64,000 nucleotides of DNA from Amphiscolops sp. MND2022. Taxonomy: Eukaryota. The first letter of the stretch is position 1; every line of letters begins with the position of its first letter. The stretch is taken from NCBI GenBank assembly GCA_964187785.1, contig OZ076409.1:98644001-98708000 (forward strand), read 5' to 3'. Below the pieces are notes generated by a model, which saw nothing but the letters and a program-made list of their open reading frames with translations, was not told the origin of the DNA and ran no database searches. Position numbers and translations under genes: made by a program. Shown here piece by piece: positions 12,101-24,488 of this stretch.

Positions 12101-15100
12101 GAGTTTCAGACAATATTGCATAGCATTCGGCGCCTTTTCACGGAAAATTGACGTGATGTCTCAAAAACCCAGAAAATGACGCAAAAAAATCAAAAGAAAA
12201 ATAAGTGCAGATTTTCCGTTTCCCAGTTTTCGTTTGTGCCCCTTTTATCCCACTGGTATCAACATTGGGTCAAAGCGTCCCCAGCATGTTTTGAAACATG
12301 TTGAAAAGCAAGCAGAGACACGACGGGTGCAAAGTTTTGGCGCAAAGTTCGGAGCCATTGCGGCGAAGCCGCACGCCAGCGGAGAACTTCGCGCAAAAAA
12401 CTTTGCGCGCAAAGGGCCCGCGCTAGCGGGCCCCAAGCCCAGCAGTTTAAAAATTGACTTGAAAGCCCCAATGCTCTTCTTTCGAACGCTGTATAAATCG
12501 TTTGTCGGACTTGTATAGTTCAGGAGATATTGCGGTTTAAAGTTGAAGCACCTGATTTTTGGACGCAACAAGATTTTTCCTGGCCAACTTAAGGTTAACA
12601 AAAAAATACTAAATTTTTCAAATTGCGCTCAAGCTATCTTTTTCAATTGTTTTAAGTCCTGAAATGAGTTTTTGCATCATTTAGGCCAAGTTTTGAGCTT
12701 TTCATTTTCGTCGCGTTAACCTTAACTTGGCCAATGTGCCAAATTTGGCACATTTTGTTTCTGCAAATTGTTAACGCACCAGCTGATTGTATGGTAAAGT
12801 AAACCCTTTAATAAGAGTTTCAGACAATATTGCATAGCATTCGGCGCCTTTTCACGGAAAATTGACGTGATGTCTCAAAAACCCAGAAAATGACGCAAAA
12901 AAATCAAAAGAAAAATAAGTGCAGATTTTCCGTTTCCCAGTTTTCGTTTGTGCCCCTTTTATCCCACTGGTATCAACATTGGGTCAAAGCGTCCCCAGCA
13001 TGTTTTGAAACATGTTGAAAAGCAAGCAGAGACACGACGGGTGCAAAGTTTTGGCGCAAAGTTCGGAGCCAGTGCGGCGAAGCCGCACGCCAGCGGAGAA
13101 CTTCGCGCAAAAAATTTTGCGCGCAAAGGGCCCGCGCTAGCGGGCCCCAAGCCCAGCAGTTTAAAAATTGACTTGAAAGCCCCAATGCTCTTCTTTCGAA
13201 CGCTGTATAAATCGTTTGTCGGACTTGTATAGTTCAGGAGATATTGCGGTTTAAAGTTGAAGCACCTGATTTTTGGACGCAACAAGATTTTTCCTGGCCA
13301 ACTTAAGGTTAACAAAAAAATACTAAATTTTTCAAATTGCGCTCAAGCTATCTTTTTCAATTGTTTTAAGTCCTGAAATGAGTTTTTGCATCATTTAGGC
13401 CAAGTTTTGAGCTTTTCATTTTCGTCGCGTTAACCTTAACTTGGCCAATGTGCCAAATTTGGCACATTTTGTTTCTGCAAATTGTTAACGCACCAGCTGA
13501 TTGTATGGTAAAGTAAACCCTTTAATAAGAGTTTCAGACAATATTGCATAGCATTCGGCGCCTTTTCACGGAAAATTGACGTGATGTCTCAAAAACCCAG
13601 AAAATGACGCAAAAAAATCAAAAGAAAAATAAGTGCAGATTTTCCGTTTCCCAGTTTTCGTTTGTGCCCCTTTTATCCCACTGGTATCAACATTGGGTCA
13701 AAGCGTCCCCAGCATGTTTTGAAACATGTTGAAAAGCAAGCAGAGACACGACGGGTGCAAAGTTTTGGCGCAAAGTTCGGAGCCATTGCGGCGAAGCCGC
13801 ACGCCAGCGGAGAACTTCGCGCAAAAAACTTTGCGCGCAAAGGGCCCGCGCTAGCGGGCCCCAAGCCCAGCAGTTTAAAAATTGACTTGAAAGCCCCAAT
13901 GCTCTTCTTTCGAACGCTGTATAAATCGTTTGTCGGACTTGTATAGTTCAGGAGATATTGCGGTTTAAAGTTGAAGCACCTGATTTTTGGACGCAACAAG
14001 ATTTTTCCTGGCCAACTTAAGGTTAACAAAAAAATACTAAATTTTTCAAATTGCGCTCAAGCTATCTTTTTCAATTGTTTTAAGTCCTGAAATGAGTTTT
14101 TGCATCATTTAGGCCAAGTTTTGAGCTTTTCATTTTCGTCGCGTTAACCTTAACTTGGCCAATGTGCCAAATTTGGCACATTTTGTTTCTGCAAATTGTT
14201 AACGCACCAGCTGATTGTATGGTAAAGTAAACCCTTTAATAAGAGTTTCAGACAATATTGCATAGCATTCGGCGCCTTTTCACGGAAAATTGACGTGATG
14301 TCTCAAAAACCCAGAAAATGACGCAAAAAAATCAAAAGAAAAATAAGTGCAGATTTTCCGTTTCCCAGTTTTCGTTTGTGCCCCTTTTATCCCACTGGTA
14401 TCAACATTGGGTCAAAGCGTCCCCAGCATGTTTTGAAACATGTTGAAAAGCAAGCAGAGACACGACGGGTGCAAAGTTTTGGCGCAAAGTTCGGAGCCAT
14501 TGCGGCGAAGCCGCACGCCAGCGGAGAACTTCGCGCAAAAAACTTTGCGCGCAAAGGGCCCGCGCTAGCGGGCCCCAAGCCCAGCAGTTTAAAAATTGAC
14601 TTGAAAGCCCCAATGCTCTTCTTTCGAACGCTGTATAAATCGTTTGTCGGACTTGTATAGTTCAGGAGATATTGCGGTTTAAAGTTGAAGCACCTGATTT
14701 TTGGACGCAACAAGATTTTTCCTGGCCAACTTAAGGTTAACAAAAAAATACTAAATTTTTCAAATTGCGCTCAAGCTATCTTTTTCAATTGTTTTAAGTC
14801 CTGAAATGAGTTTTTGCATCATTTAGGCCAAGTTTTGAGCTTTTCATTTTCGTCGCGTTAACCTTAACTTGGCCAATGTGCCAAATTTGGCACATTTTGT
14901 TTCTGCAAATTGTTAACGCACCAGCTGATTGTATGGTAAAGTAAACCCTTTAATAAGAGTTTCAGACAATATTGCATAGCATTCGGCGCCTTTTCACGGA
15001 AAATTGACGTGATGTCTCAAAAACCCAGAAAATGACGCAAAAAAATCAAAAGAAAAATAAGTGCAGATTTTCCGTTTCCCAGTTTTCGTTTGTGCCCCTT

Positions 15101-16164
15101 TTATCCCACTGGTATCAACATTGGGTCAAAGCGTCCCCAGCATGTTTTGAAACATGTTGAAAAGCAAGCAGAGACACGACGGGTGCAAAGTTTTGGCGCA
15201 AAGTTCGGAGCCAGTGCGGCGAAGCCGCACGCCAGCGGAGAACTTCGCGCAAAAAACTTTGCGCGCAAAGGGCCCGCGCTAGCGGGCCCCAAGCCCAGCA
15301 GTTTAAAAATTGATTTGAAAGCCCCAATGCTCTTCTTTCGAACGCTGTATAAATCGTTTGTCGGACTTGTATAGTTCAGGAGATATTGCGGTTTAAAGTT
15401 GAAGCACCTGATTTTTGGACGCAACAAGATTTTTCCTGGCCAACTTAAGGTTAACAAAAAAATACTAAATTTTTCAAATTGCGCTCAAGCTATCTTTTTC
15501 AATTGTTTTAAGTCCTGAAATGAGTTTTTGCATCATTTAGGCCAAGTTTTGAGCTTTTCATTTTCGTCGCGTTAACCTTAACTTGGCCAATGTGCCAAAT
15601 TTGGCACATTTTGTTTCTGCAAATTGTTAACGCACCAGCTGATTGTATGGTAAAGTAAACCCTTTAATAAGAGTTTCAGACAATATTGCATAGCATTCGG
15701 CGCCTTTTCACGGAAAATTGACGTGATGTCTCAAAAACCCAGAAAATGACGCAAAAAAATCAAAAGAAAAATAAGTGCAGATTTTCCGTTTCCCAGTTTT
15801 CGTTTGTGCCCCTTTTATCCCACTGGTATCAACATTGGGTCAAAGCGTCCCCAGCATGTTTTGAAACATGTTGAAAAGCAAGCAGAGACACGACGGGTGC
15901 AAAGTTTTGGCGCAAAGTTCGGAGCCAGTGCGGCGAAGCCGCACGCCAGCGGAGAACTTCGCGCAAAAAATTTTGCGCGCAAAGGGCCCGCGCTAGCGGG
16001 CCCCAAGCCCAGCAGTTTAAAAATTGACTTGAAAGCCCCAATGCTCTTCTTTCGAACGCTGTATAAATCGTTTGTCGGACTTGTATAGTTCAGGAGATAT
16101 TGCGGTTTAAAGTTGAAGCACCTGATTTTTGGACGCAACAAGATTTTTCCTGGCCAACTTAAGG
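9150..16164. repeat. 714-bp tandem array: ten 589-bp piggyBac-like MITEs alternating with nine identical TTAA-117bp-TTAA spacers
   Basis: Each MITE runs CCTTAACTTGGCCA...TGGCCAACTTAAGG (13/14 TIR match) and is flanked by TTAA. First copy 9150-9738, last ends 16164. Outer TTAA at 9146-9149 and 16165-16168. Period 714 is confirmed by the ORF-track spacing. Confidence 0.92.
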
Positions 16165-16367
16165 TTAATAGTAACATGACAGCCTAAATTACTGGTGTCA
16201 TGCAGTGCAAAGTATATATACCCGGGACCTTCAGCCCGAAGGACACAACAATTGATCTCGATACAACTTGCAATACACTCGCATCACTGATTTGTTATAA
16301 TATATCGCTTACGTTCTGTTGTTTGAAATAGTTTTCAATTGACTATTAGAAGATATCAGATTTCTTC

Positions 16368-17010
16368 ATGCCTTCAACTAGAAAACAGATAGCCAAAGAA
16401 AGGCGTTCTAGGCAATTGGACATCATGTCCGATGTAGAAAATGTTGATATAATGCTTGGAAGTTATGATAGAGATGATGAAAGAGCAGAGCAGAGTGAAA
16501 GTGAACTTAATTTGGACTCAGGGTCCAATAGACTACACCAAAATCCAAACTTGGTAGGAGAAGACTTTAGGTCTTTACTCAATACTAATAGTAGAGAGAA
16601 TAGCGAAGTCACTGTAGAGACCACTAGATTGATCAATGAAGAAATTTCCAACCAAATGTCAAGGAGGTTGAATGAAATTAAGTCTAGTTTAAATTCACAA
16701 ATACAAAACGCAATATCAGCTGCAATAGCTGATACTGTACTTCCTTCCATTCAAAATACGCTAGAAACGCAGGGGAGGACGAATTTCACTATAATGGACC
16801 GAGGGTCCAACGAGCTACATCCTAGCTCGAAAGCAGGAGATTTCACCAAAGAGGACCGAAGGTCCAATGGGCTACAATGGAACTCAGGAGCAGAAAAGCC
16901 GCTGAGAACATGGGAAAATCGCCCCAAAATGTGTTATACACACGAAAGCAATAGACTAAGGTCTAGAGAAAGTTCGGTAGAATCTTCTGCCCACGAACAA
17001 AATCGCGACA
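16368..17010 (+). pseudogene. N-terminal part of a gag-like ORF encoded inside the LTR, truncated at the LTR end
   Basis: MPSTRKQ... with a coiled-coil-like segment (INEEISNQMSRRLNEIKSSLNSQIQNAI). Protein character changes exactly at ...EQNRD / GCGACA (17010); the rest of ORF 16368..17174 is read-through into flank. Confidence 0.6.
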
Positions 17011-17753
17011 GGCGGGGAATTAAAATTTCCGCGCTTACTGTTGGATTAACAGAAAAGATCCCATACAAAAACGGGATGAAGCAATGTTATTTTGTGGGCT
17101 TTGTTATTTTGAATCAGAAATGGGTTACAAAGAAAAAATCGAGGCATCTCGGAAAAATATTGAATAGTCGCTGAATTTGAACTGACCGATCAGCCATCCT
17201 CTTTTCACTTTCGAACATAGCTCTTTTTTTTCGACTGATTTTATTTTGTTCTCTTTTTTGAAAACAGCATTCGAATGCTGAAATTTGATCAACCAAATCT
17301 CAAAATGACCCATTGATTCGGTTTCTTGGCCAACCGCATCGCCTTACGAACGTAATGATTTCAGAAAAATAATTTCAATTTCATTTTGAACTAATTACGA
17401 AGTGCAAAACAAAAAAAGAACTAAATTTTGCTGAGCTAGATTCCACTACTGTTGAAAAGATTCACGTCAAACCTTGAGCCAATACGGCTACATACATACC
17501 AAAAAGCTAAAGGTACTACTCGAATTCGCTTACCGAAATTACAAAGCACAATAAAAAGTTGTATTTTCACTTGCCAAAAAATTTGGATTCAAAATTTTTT
17601 GTGAAGTGAATACAGTGAAAGAAACTTCTCTCGATCATTTTCGAAGCCTTTACACTGTTCTTTAACTTTTATACTCAACATTTTTTTTCGAACATGCTTC
17701 TTGAAAATGTACAGCTGAAAAAGTTGTAAATCCTTCGAAACAATAACTTTATA

Positions 17754-18234
17754 GAGTAAACTTCAAAAAATTTGCATTTTGTGGTCTCATTGTTGTAGGA
17801 GAGAAAAAAGTGTTAGTAGAATCAAAAGCTGGAAAACAGAATCTATGATAGCAAATTTGTCGCTGTGATTTTACTTTGCGCCCGGCGATTTGCAAGAAAT
17901 TCTATAAAAGTTTCGAAAAAGCCAAAATTAAAAAAAACTGAGGGATAATTATTTGTAATTTTCCTTTGATTTCTCATTGAATTTAAAAATATTATGCTTC
18001 GAAGATTCAATGAGAAATCAAAAGAAAATTACGAAAAATTATCTCTGTTTTTTGTTCAATTTTGGCATTTTCCGAAACATTTATGGAAAATCTTGCAAAC
18101 CGCTGGTCGCAAAGTAAAATTACAGCGACAAATTTCCTATCATAGATTCTGTTTTCCAGCTTTTGATTCTATTTACACTTTTTCCTCTCCTTCAACAATG
18201 AGACCACAAAATGCAAATTCTTCGAAGTTTACTC
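17754..18234. mobile_element. Foldback/MITE-like long inverted repeat (~230-bp imperfect arms)
   Basis: GAGTAAACTTC..TTTGCATTTTGTGGTCTCATTGTTG at the left is mirrored by CAACAATGAGACCACAAAATGCAAA..GAAGTTTACTC at the right; centre near 17990. Confidence 0.8.
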
Positions 18235-18542
18235 GGAACTTTGATTTGGTAAAACGCGCAATTAAAAAATATTGCTTTTCAATTTTGCTGCAAGCAGTTA
18301 CAGCTGTCTTCAGGTTTTTGGATCCTGATTGAGCCTGCTGACAAGTTTTTTACGCTGCTTTCATGCATACAAGGCACCTTCTCTCACAAAACATGGACAA
18401 TTCCGGGAGAATTTCCAATATTTGAAAATGAACTGTGTGGAAATACAGAGTTGCATCCACTATCTTCGACGCCCTATCGATCACTCTGTTTTCACACTTC
18501 ACGTTCTCAAGTGTTCAATCTATGCAATCACTGTTAGTCAAC

Positions 18543-18915
18543 TTGCACGACGAATACGACGCTACTTTGAAACTTATCCAGTGACTGAAGTCGATAAGTT
18601 CTGAACTGCATTCAGAATCAGAACGGTTGCATATTGAAACCTGCAGAATTTCTTGGCTCCAAATTGCACGATGAATGCGGCGCCACTTTGAAGATTATCA
18701 AACGACTGAATCGAAAAGGACTTACATGTATTTGCATCAGAATCAGATTGTTTGCATATTAAAACTTGTAAAAATCTATGACTCCAAGCTGCACAGTGAA
18801 TACGACGCTACTTTGAAGTTTATCAAGTGACTGAATTGTTAAGGTCTTAACTGCATTCAAAATCAGAACGCTTGCATATTAAAACTTGCAAAAATTTCAT
18901 AGCTCCGAATTGCAG
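18543..18915. repeat. Degenerate tandem repeat, three units of ~120-125 bp
   Basis: Recurring GAATACGACGCTACTTTGAA...ATCAGAAC..TTGCATATT..AAAC; a related single unit lies near 37830-37990. Confidence 0.65.
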
Positions 18916-19211
18916 CCAAACTTAGGATGCACTTTTCAGCCAGTTTATAAACAAATTTATTCTATCAATGAAAATTTAATGCATGCAAAATTACGTGAAA
19001 GTTTTATGAAAGAAAAATGAAGTTTCTTTCATTGGTTCTGTAAAGCTGTTTGGGAGCTAATTCAGTTTTTTGAGATATTGATTTTTATGCATGGATCATG
19101 CGATTCCATGTAAAAAACACCATAGCCATGGAATTCACATTGAACATACATAGATCATGCATAGAAGCACGGGTTGTTTGTCAACACGGGTGCACTTTGG
19201 GCTGCAGACAT

Positions 19212-19337
19212 CAGGGGTGCTCAAAAATTGATTGCAATTAATTTCGAGCATTTTCTTCAAAAAATTAATTAATTTTAATTTCAATTCTCAAAATTAATTA
19301 TTGCAATTTTTAACCAATTAATTTTTGAGCACCCCTG
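19212..19337. mobile_element. hAT-type MITE (126 bp)
   Basis: 18-bp TIR CAGGGGTGCTCAAAAATT / AATTTTTGAGCACCCCTG; perfect 8-bp TSD GCAGACAT (19204-19211, 19338-19345). Confidence 0.9.
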
Positions 19338-20665
19338 GCAGACATCGTTGAGGTTTTGTCAATTTTGACAAACAATCGCACGAAAAAGAACCAGGATACT
19401 GAAAATTTCAAAATGACTTCTATCGACAAAGTTTTCTGGTTTTTTATGAAGTGTTTTTTTCAACCAATCGAGAATACTTGCGGAGCGAAAGGAACATTTC
19501 AGCTAGCTTCCTACATTCAAAAAGTAATACAAATATTTTCTGAAAACAAAGATAGGCTCAAAGGACAGAGCAAAATTTTTGAATGTTTCATGCAAACGTA
19601 TCATATACAGTTTGAAACACCAAGTGCTCTATAGGCAACGGTTGCACTGTAACGGCACCCTCTGGTACACAAATTCAGTCGATATTGCAATTGGATCAGA
19701 ACATGCTCAGAAATTTGTAGAAAAAATCTAATTTGATGTGTGACGTGGTGCTGAACATGTGGTTGCTCTTTTCGCTGTTTCCGCCATTTTGAACACAAAA
19801 CGAAGACGAGAGCAGACGGAGCGAGAACACGGAGAACGAAATACCGTGAGAGCTCGTAGAGACTGTGAAAAACTCTAGAAAGACTCATTTTTAGGTGTCA
19901 ACACCCGGTTTTTATTGATTTTGGCATTATTCTACATCAAGTCCCGAAAACTGGAAAAATGAGTCTTTTCGCTAGAAAATCCTCGTTTGATACTTGGTGC
20001 CCCAGCTTATAGCTGTGTGATCAGCCATTGTCATGTGTGCTTTCATGTATTTTCACTGTTATTAGTTGTATTTTCTAGCCCAAGATCAGGTTTTTGCGGT
20101 TGTAGACGTTATTCCCATGTAACCTTGGAAATGGAAATTTAACTTATTCCTGCCATTGTTTTAATGTGCTGGTTAACCGATGGTCTTTAGAGAGTGCGAA
20201 AGATACCGTTACTATAGCAATCAAAGACCAGGACCGGTTAGTTATTCCGACGAAGCACCCACAGCCCCAGGACGTATTTCACCCTGAAGGCGAAATGGAT
20301 CTCTGATGCATCGGCGCCTGTCACAGACGATGCACCCATTCTGCAGGTTCCTTCACCTCTGTTTATGTGTTAAGCTTCCCTGCTGGCTCTCAAACACTTT
20401 TAGCTAAATGTTTTTTTTCAATTTTCAACACATTTCTATTTTGCTGGTCTTCACCGGTTGACAACCCAAGCCCCAAGGTCCATCTGATGAGATGAAATTT
20501 TTTCGTTTTTTTTTTCATTGTAAAATTCGTTTACTCTTTACGTTCAAAAATGACGAAATAGGCGAAAAGTTGCCCCACCCTTCATCACAGTCATGACCAC
20601 TGCTTGATTACTGGTGCGGTTGGGTTGTGGCATATCTTGGGGTTTTATTTTGATATCCCATGAGT

Positions 20666-21025
20666 AACAAGCCGTGAACGGCCCAAGTCGGCGCCATATC
20701 TAAGGCTCAAAAATAGCAAAAGGGCTTCAAAGTGTCAAGTATTCTCGTCTACAATACCCGCATGAGGAAAAAATTTTTAAAAAAACTTCGAAATCTGTTT
20801 TCAATTTTTTTTGGTCTCCGGTAAGTCATATAGTACCGAAAAATGTAAAAGGGGCCTCAAAAAAGCCCAATTAACCTCTATTTCCAGTGCCAGTAGAAGT
20901 AGTGTGGCATTTAGTGTTAGTTCAAGTCAGCTTATAAAGCTTATAAAATCTGTCACTTCGTTGGTCTTAAAAAGAAAAGTCACTGCTATAGTCTGCGTTT
21001 TCTACGAAAAACGCCAAGTAAAAAA
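20666..21025 (-). mobile_element. Helentron/DINE-1-like non-autonomous element, degenerate copy
   Basis: Family signature AACAAGCCG..ACGGCCCAAGTCGGCGCCATATCTAAGGCTCAAAAATAGC at one end and GAAAAACGCC..TAAAAA at the other. Confidence 0.65.
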
Positions 21026-21574
21026 CACCCGGACGAAACTAAAGGGAGGGCATTGCAAGACTTTTTTTCAAAAAAAATTCCCCAGAGGGTCCCCTATCAA
21101 TTTTTTGATGATTTGCGACAGAATGGATGAAAAAGACATGAAAAGATAGACCCAGATTGATAAAAACGGTCTATCTTTTCTTTTTTTTTGCTTTTGTGAT
21201 CAAATTTCTGGATGGACATACCAATCAATCTGGACGGCCCTAAACGAGTCCAAAGAAAATTAAAAGAAAACAAAGCCTCAAGTTTTTCTCACAGGATCAC
21301 CCAACATCTTAGCTAAGTCTCGAAACTTCGGTTTAGTATCATTTCACCTCACGTTCATTTCACCCCACAATAATTTCACCCCAGGTTCATTTCACCCCAC
21401 GGTCATTTTACCCCAAATTCATTTCGCCCCACATTCATTTCACCCCACATTTAAACACAGAGGCGAAGCGGTGCTTCGCAACACATGACGAAGACAACGA
21501 TTATTTTAATATGCGTATATATTTTATTTTATTCGCATGCGTATATATTCAACAGTTCAACTTTATTCAATAAC

Positions 21575-21645
21575 GTCCTTATGGCACAGTGGTTAACACT
21601 TATGCCGCGCAATCGGGAGGCTGCAGGTTCGAATCTCTCTGGGGT
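21575..21645 (+). other. tRNA-derived (SINE-head-like) segment with Pol III A and B boxes
   Basis: A box TGGCACAGTGG and B box GGTTCGAATC (21626-21635); the acceptor and T stems are imperfect, so this is not a functional tRNA. Confidence 0.55.
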
Positions 21646-22037
21646 TTTGGCTTATCTCTAAAAGGCGCTTATTATGAAGTTGGCTATTGTGGAAAAAAAA
21701 CTTTCTTAGCTGGACTGCAATGCACATTGACTTCGTCATGTGCAATTATCAAATGCGTCTCAAATTAATGACTAAAACCACCCAATTTCAATCTCAGCGC
21801 TAATAGAAAAGCATCTTGAATTTATTTACCAATTAGATGAACAAACGATGCTTGCTATGTGAACTACAAAATCGGAACTGAAAAATTGTATCGGAATTGT
21901 AATACTTCTAAACAAGGCGATGAAAAAAATCATATTCGGTTTTTCTACGGCAAAACATTCCTAACAGGCCAGAAACTGACAATCAAATCAAAGCTGACTC
22001 AAAAACAGTAGGCATCAAAGGTTAACATAATTGTTAC

Positions 22038-24488
22038 TTGGTTAATGAGCGCGAAAGACAGGATTTAGAAACAGTTATACTACCTTACGGTCTCAGAATT
22101 AACAATACCGATGAACCAACTAGAGTACGCGGGAACTCAAAGTCACTAATTGATTACATAATAATAGATCATCTCCAAGCTGAAACGTTCCGTGCACATG
22201 TATCTGATACACCTCTAAGAACCGGCAACAAAAAACGAATTGATCATTTTGCGACATCCCTAATTACCAATATTGATTGCAAACCCACCTGCAAGGTATT
22301 CAGAAAAACCATATACGATAAACAGACATATCAAAAGAATAGATTTCAATTATTATTACAATCAAGTGATTGGGGTCATTTTTATTCTCAAAATTGCGCT
22401 GAAGGAATGTTTTCAGTATTTGTAGATTTTGTCGAAAATGCTTTAAAAAAATCAATTTCCAAGAGACAAGTTTACATTCGCAACGATAAAAACAATCTCA
22501 CAATCCACCAAAATTGGATAAAAGCAGAGACCAAACGAAACTTCGACAAAATACAAGAACACATGAACCCTGTTGACTCCAATTACCAAAAATTACAACA
22601 AATTTACTCTGAAAGTCTCGACCGTGATAGAATATCCAGCTCTAGACTAACTTTTAATAATTTAAACTCGGACAGAGAGAAATGGAATTTCATTAATGAA
22701 GCGCGAAACTCATTAAGAACAAAAACTCGAATCATTTCATTGAGAAACGTTTTCGGAGATATCATTACTAATCAAAGGAAAATTGCCAATCTTCTCAATT
22801 ATAAATATTCAAAACTTGGAGATTTTTTAGGCAAACCTGCTACATACATCGAACCTAATAACAGTATAACTCGCAAAGAATTCACATTTAAACCAATCTC
22901 TTTGTATGAGTGCAAGAAATTGGTTAGAAAATTGAATTCAAATAAACCTCTTGGTCCATCTAACATTCCGGCCTGGGCTTTGAAAAACAGTGTTGATATT
23001 ATCGGAGAACCCCTAACTTTCCTAATCAATGCTTTCCTTCATGAAGGCAGATTTCCTAACCATTTAAAGAGGGCACACGTTGTTCCCATATACAAAAGTG
23101 GAGACATTGAAGATCCCACTAATTACCGGCCAATATCAATAACCTCTGCTCTATCAAAGGTCTTTGAAAAAGTTATACAAAACCAAATCGTCGAATTTTT
23201 GGATGACAACAAACTACTGAGTCCACATCAATTTGGTTTCAGAGCAAACTTTTCCACTGCGGACGCTCTCTTTTATGCCACAGAGAAAATTCGGTTTGAT
23301 ATTGATAACAAAAACGTTGTTGCGGCAGCCTTCTTAGATCTCTCAAAAGCATTTGATTCGATCTCCCACGAAATCCTTTTACAAAAACTTCACAACCTAA
23401 ATTTTAGCGAAAATTCTATTGCGATGATTCGGAGTTTCTTAAAACGACGGTTACAGAAAGTCGTTCTCGAAACAACATCTTCTGACTGGATTGAATTATA
23501 CCAAGGTGTTCCACAGGGCACCATCTTAGGACCCCTTTTGTTTAATATATACGTGAATAGTATGCGATGCAGTGTTAGTAAGCCATGCGAACTAGTACAG
23601 TATGCTGACGATTTTTTTATATTTGTGAGTGGCAAGAAAATTGAAGATGCGATTAATCTGTTAGAAAAAAACGCAAAATGCTTAGTTGATTTTTTCCATA
23701 GACATCGTCTTAACCTCAACGACAAAAAAACTGAATTTATCGTTTTCTGCTGAAAATCCACGAACGGTTTGACGAAAAAACTCAAATTGAAAATAAACGA
23801 TCACCTCATTGAGCACAGAACTATTGTCAAATATCTTGGAGTTTATTTGGACCAAAACCTCACATATGAACCAGAAGTGAAACACCTGCTGAAAAAAATG
23901 GCTTGTGGTATTAAAACTCTTTACTGTGTCAGAGAATTACTACCCGAAAAAATATGCTTATCACTACTAAACGCTCTGGTCATCAGTCACCTACACTATC
24001 CAGCACTGTTACTGAACGGAATTTCACAAAATCTAATAACCACGCTCGAAAATCAATTAAGCTGGGGCATTAAAGCTTGCTGTAACAGAAACAAATACGA
24101 ATCTTCAAGTGACCTAAAACTCAAACACGAAATTTTCCCTGTCAGATTACTCTTTGACTACAGAGCAAGTACATACTTCTGGAAACTTCAGAAAAATTTA
24201 GTTCCAGCTTTCAATGGGTTGAATAAAATATCCACTGACAAAATCAAATTTCATGACCGAACAGACTCCCTAATTTTTGATGCAAATGCCACAACCAGTT
24301 TTTTACAGAACTGCTTTATGAAAAGAGCAGTTGCCCTGTGGAACAACGTGCCGAAGTCAATATCAAAAAACAAATACTCTTACGAGACTATAAAAACAAA
24401 ATTGAAACATTTCTACAACTCTCAAATCAAAAAAGAAGTAGAACAACCTGAGCATAGAATGAAATGTTGGAAAGATTACCGTTTTTAA
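22038..24488 (+). pseudogene. 5'-truncated non-LTR retrotransposon ORF2 (CR1/L2-like): APE endonuclease tail plus reverse transcriptase, with one in-frame TGA at 23751-23753
   Basis: EN tail PTRVRGNSKSLIDYI..DH; RT motifs NYRPISIT, QFGFR, FLDLSKAFD, GVPQGTILGPLLF, YADD, KYLGV. ORFs 22038..23753 and 23769..24488 share a frame. Confidence 0.92.

Larger units (their letters stand above)
1..17010 (+). mobile_element. Ty3/Gypsy-type LTR retrotransposon, 3' portion (5' LTR, gag and most of pol lie outside the window)
   Basis: RNase H end followed by integrase (Gypsy domain order). PPT AGGGGGAG at 8273-8280 is followed by TGTCGC (8281), which is the inverse of GCGACA at 17005-17010 (TG...CA LTR ends). 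Extra ORFs lie between pol and the LTR. Confidence 0.85.
8281..17010 (+). repeat. 3' LTR (~1.7 kb once the 7-kb MITE array is removed)
   Basis: 6-bp terminal inverted repeat TGTCGC...GCGACA, PPT upstream, and an abrupt change in sequence character after 17010. The 5' LTR is not in the window, so LTR identity and TSD cannot be checked. Confidence 0.7.

Noticed and set aside
9150..16164. CRISPR-like repeat/spacer array, or a tandem gene family (94/118/70-aa ORFs in every unit)
   Set aside because: Spacers are identical, units are 714 bp and there are no cas genes. The ORFs overlap on both strands, show no recognisable domain and simply recur with the repeat.
17011..17174. C-terminal part of ORF 16368..17174 as real protein
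   Set aside because: It lies beyond the inferred LTR end; AT-rich read-through into flanking DNA.
19700..20350. Possible host promoter/first exons (CCGCCATTTT motif, GC-richer patches)
   Set aside because: I could not assemble a consistent spliced ORF; evidence is insufficient.
21575..21645. Functional tRNA gene (also 36826-36915)
   Set aside because: A/B boxes are present but the cloverleaf stems do not pair properly, and both lie within repeats.
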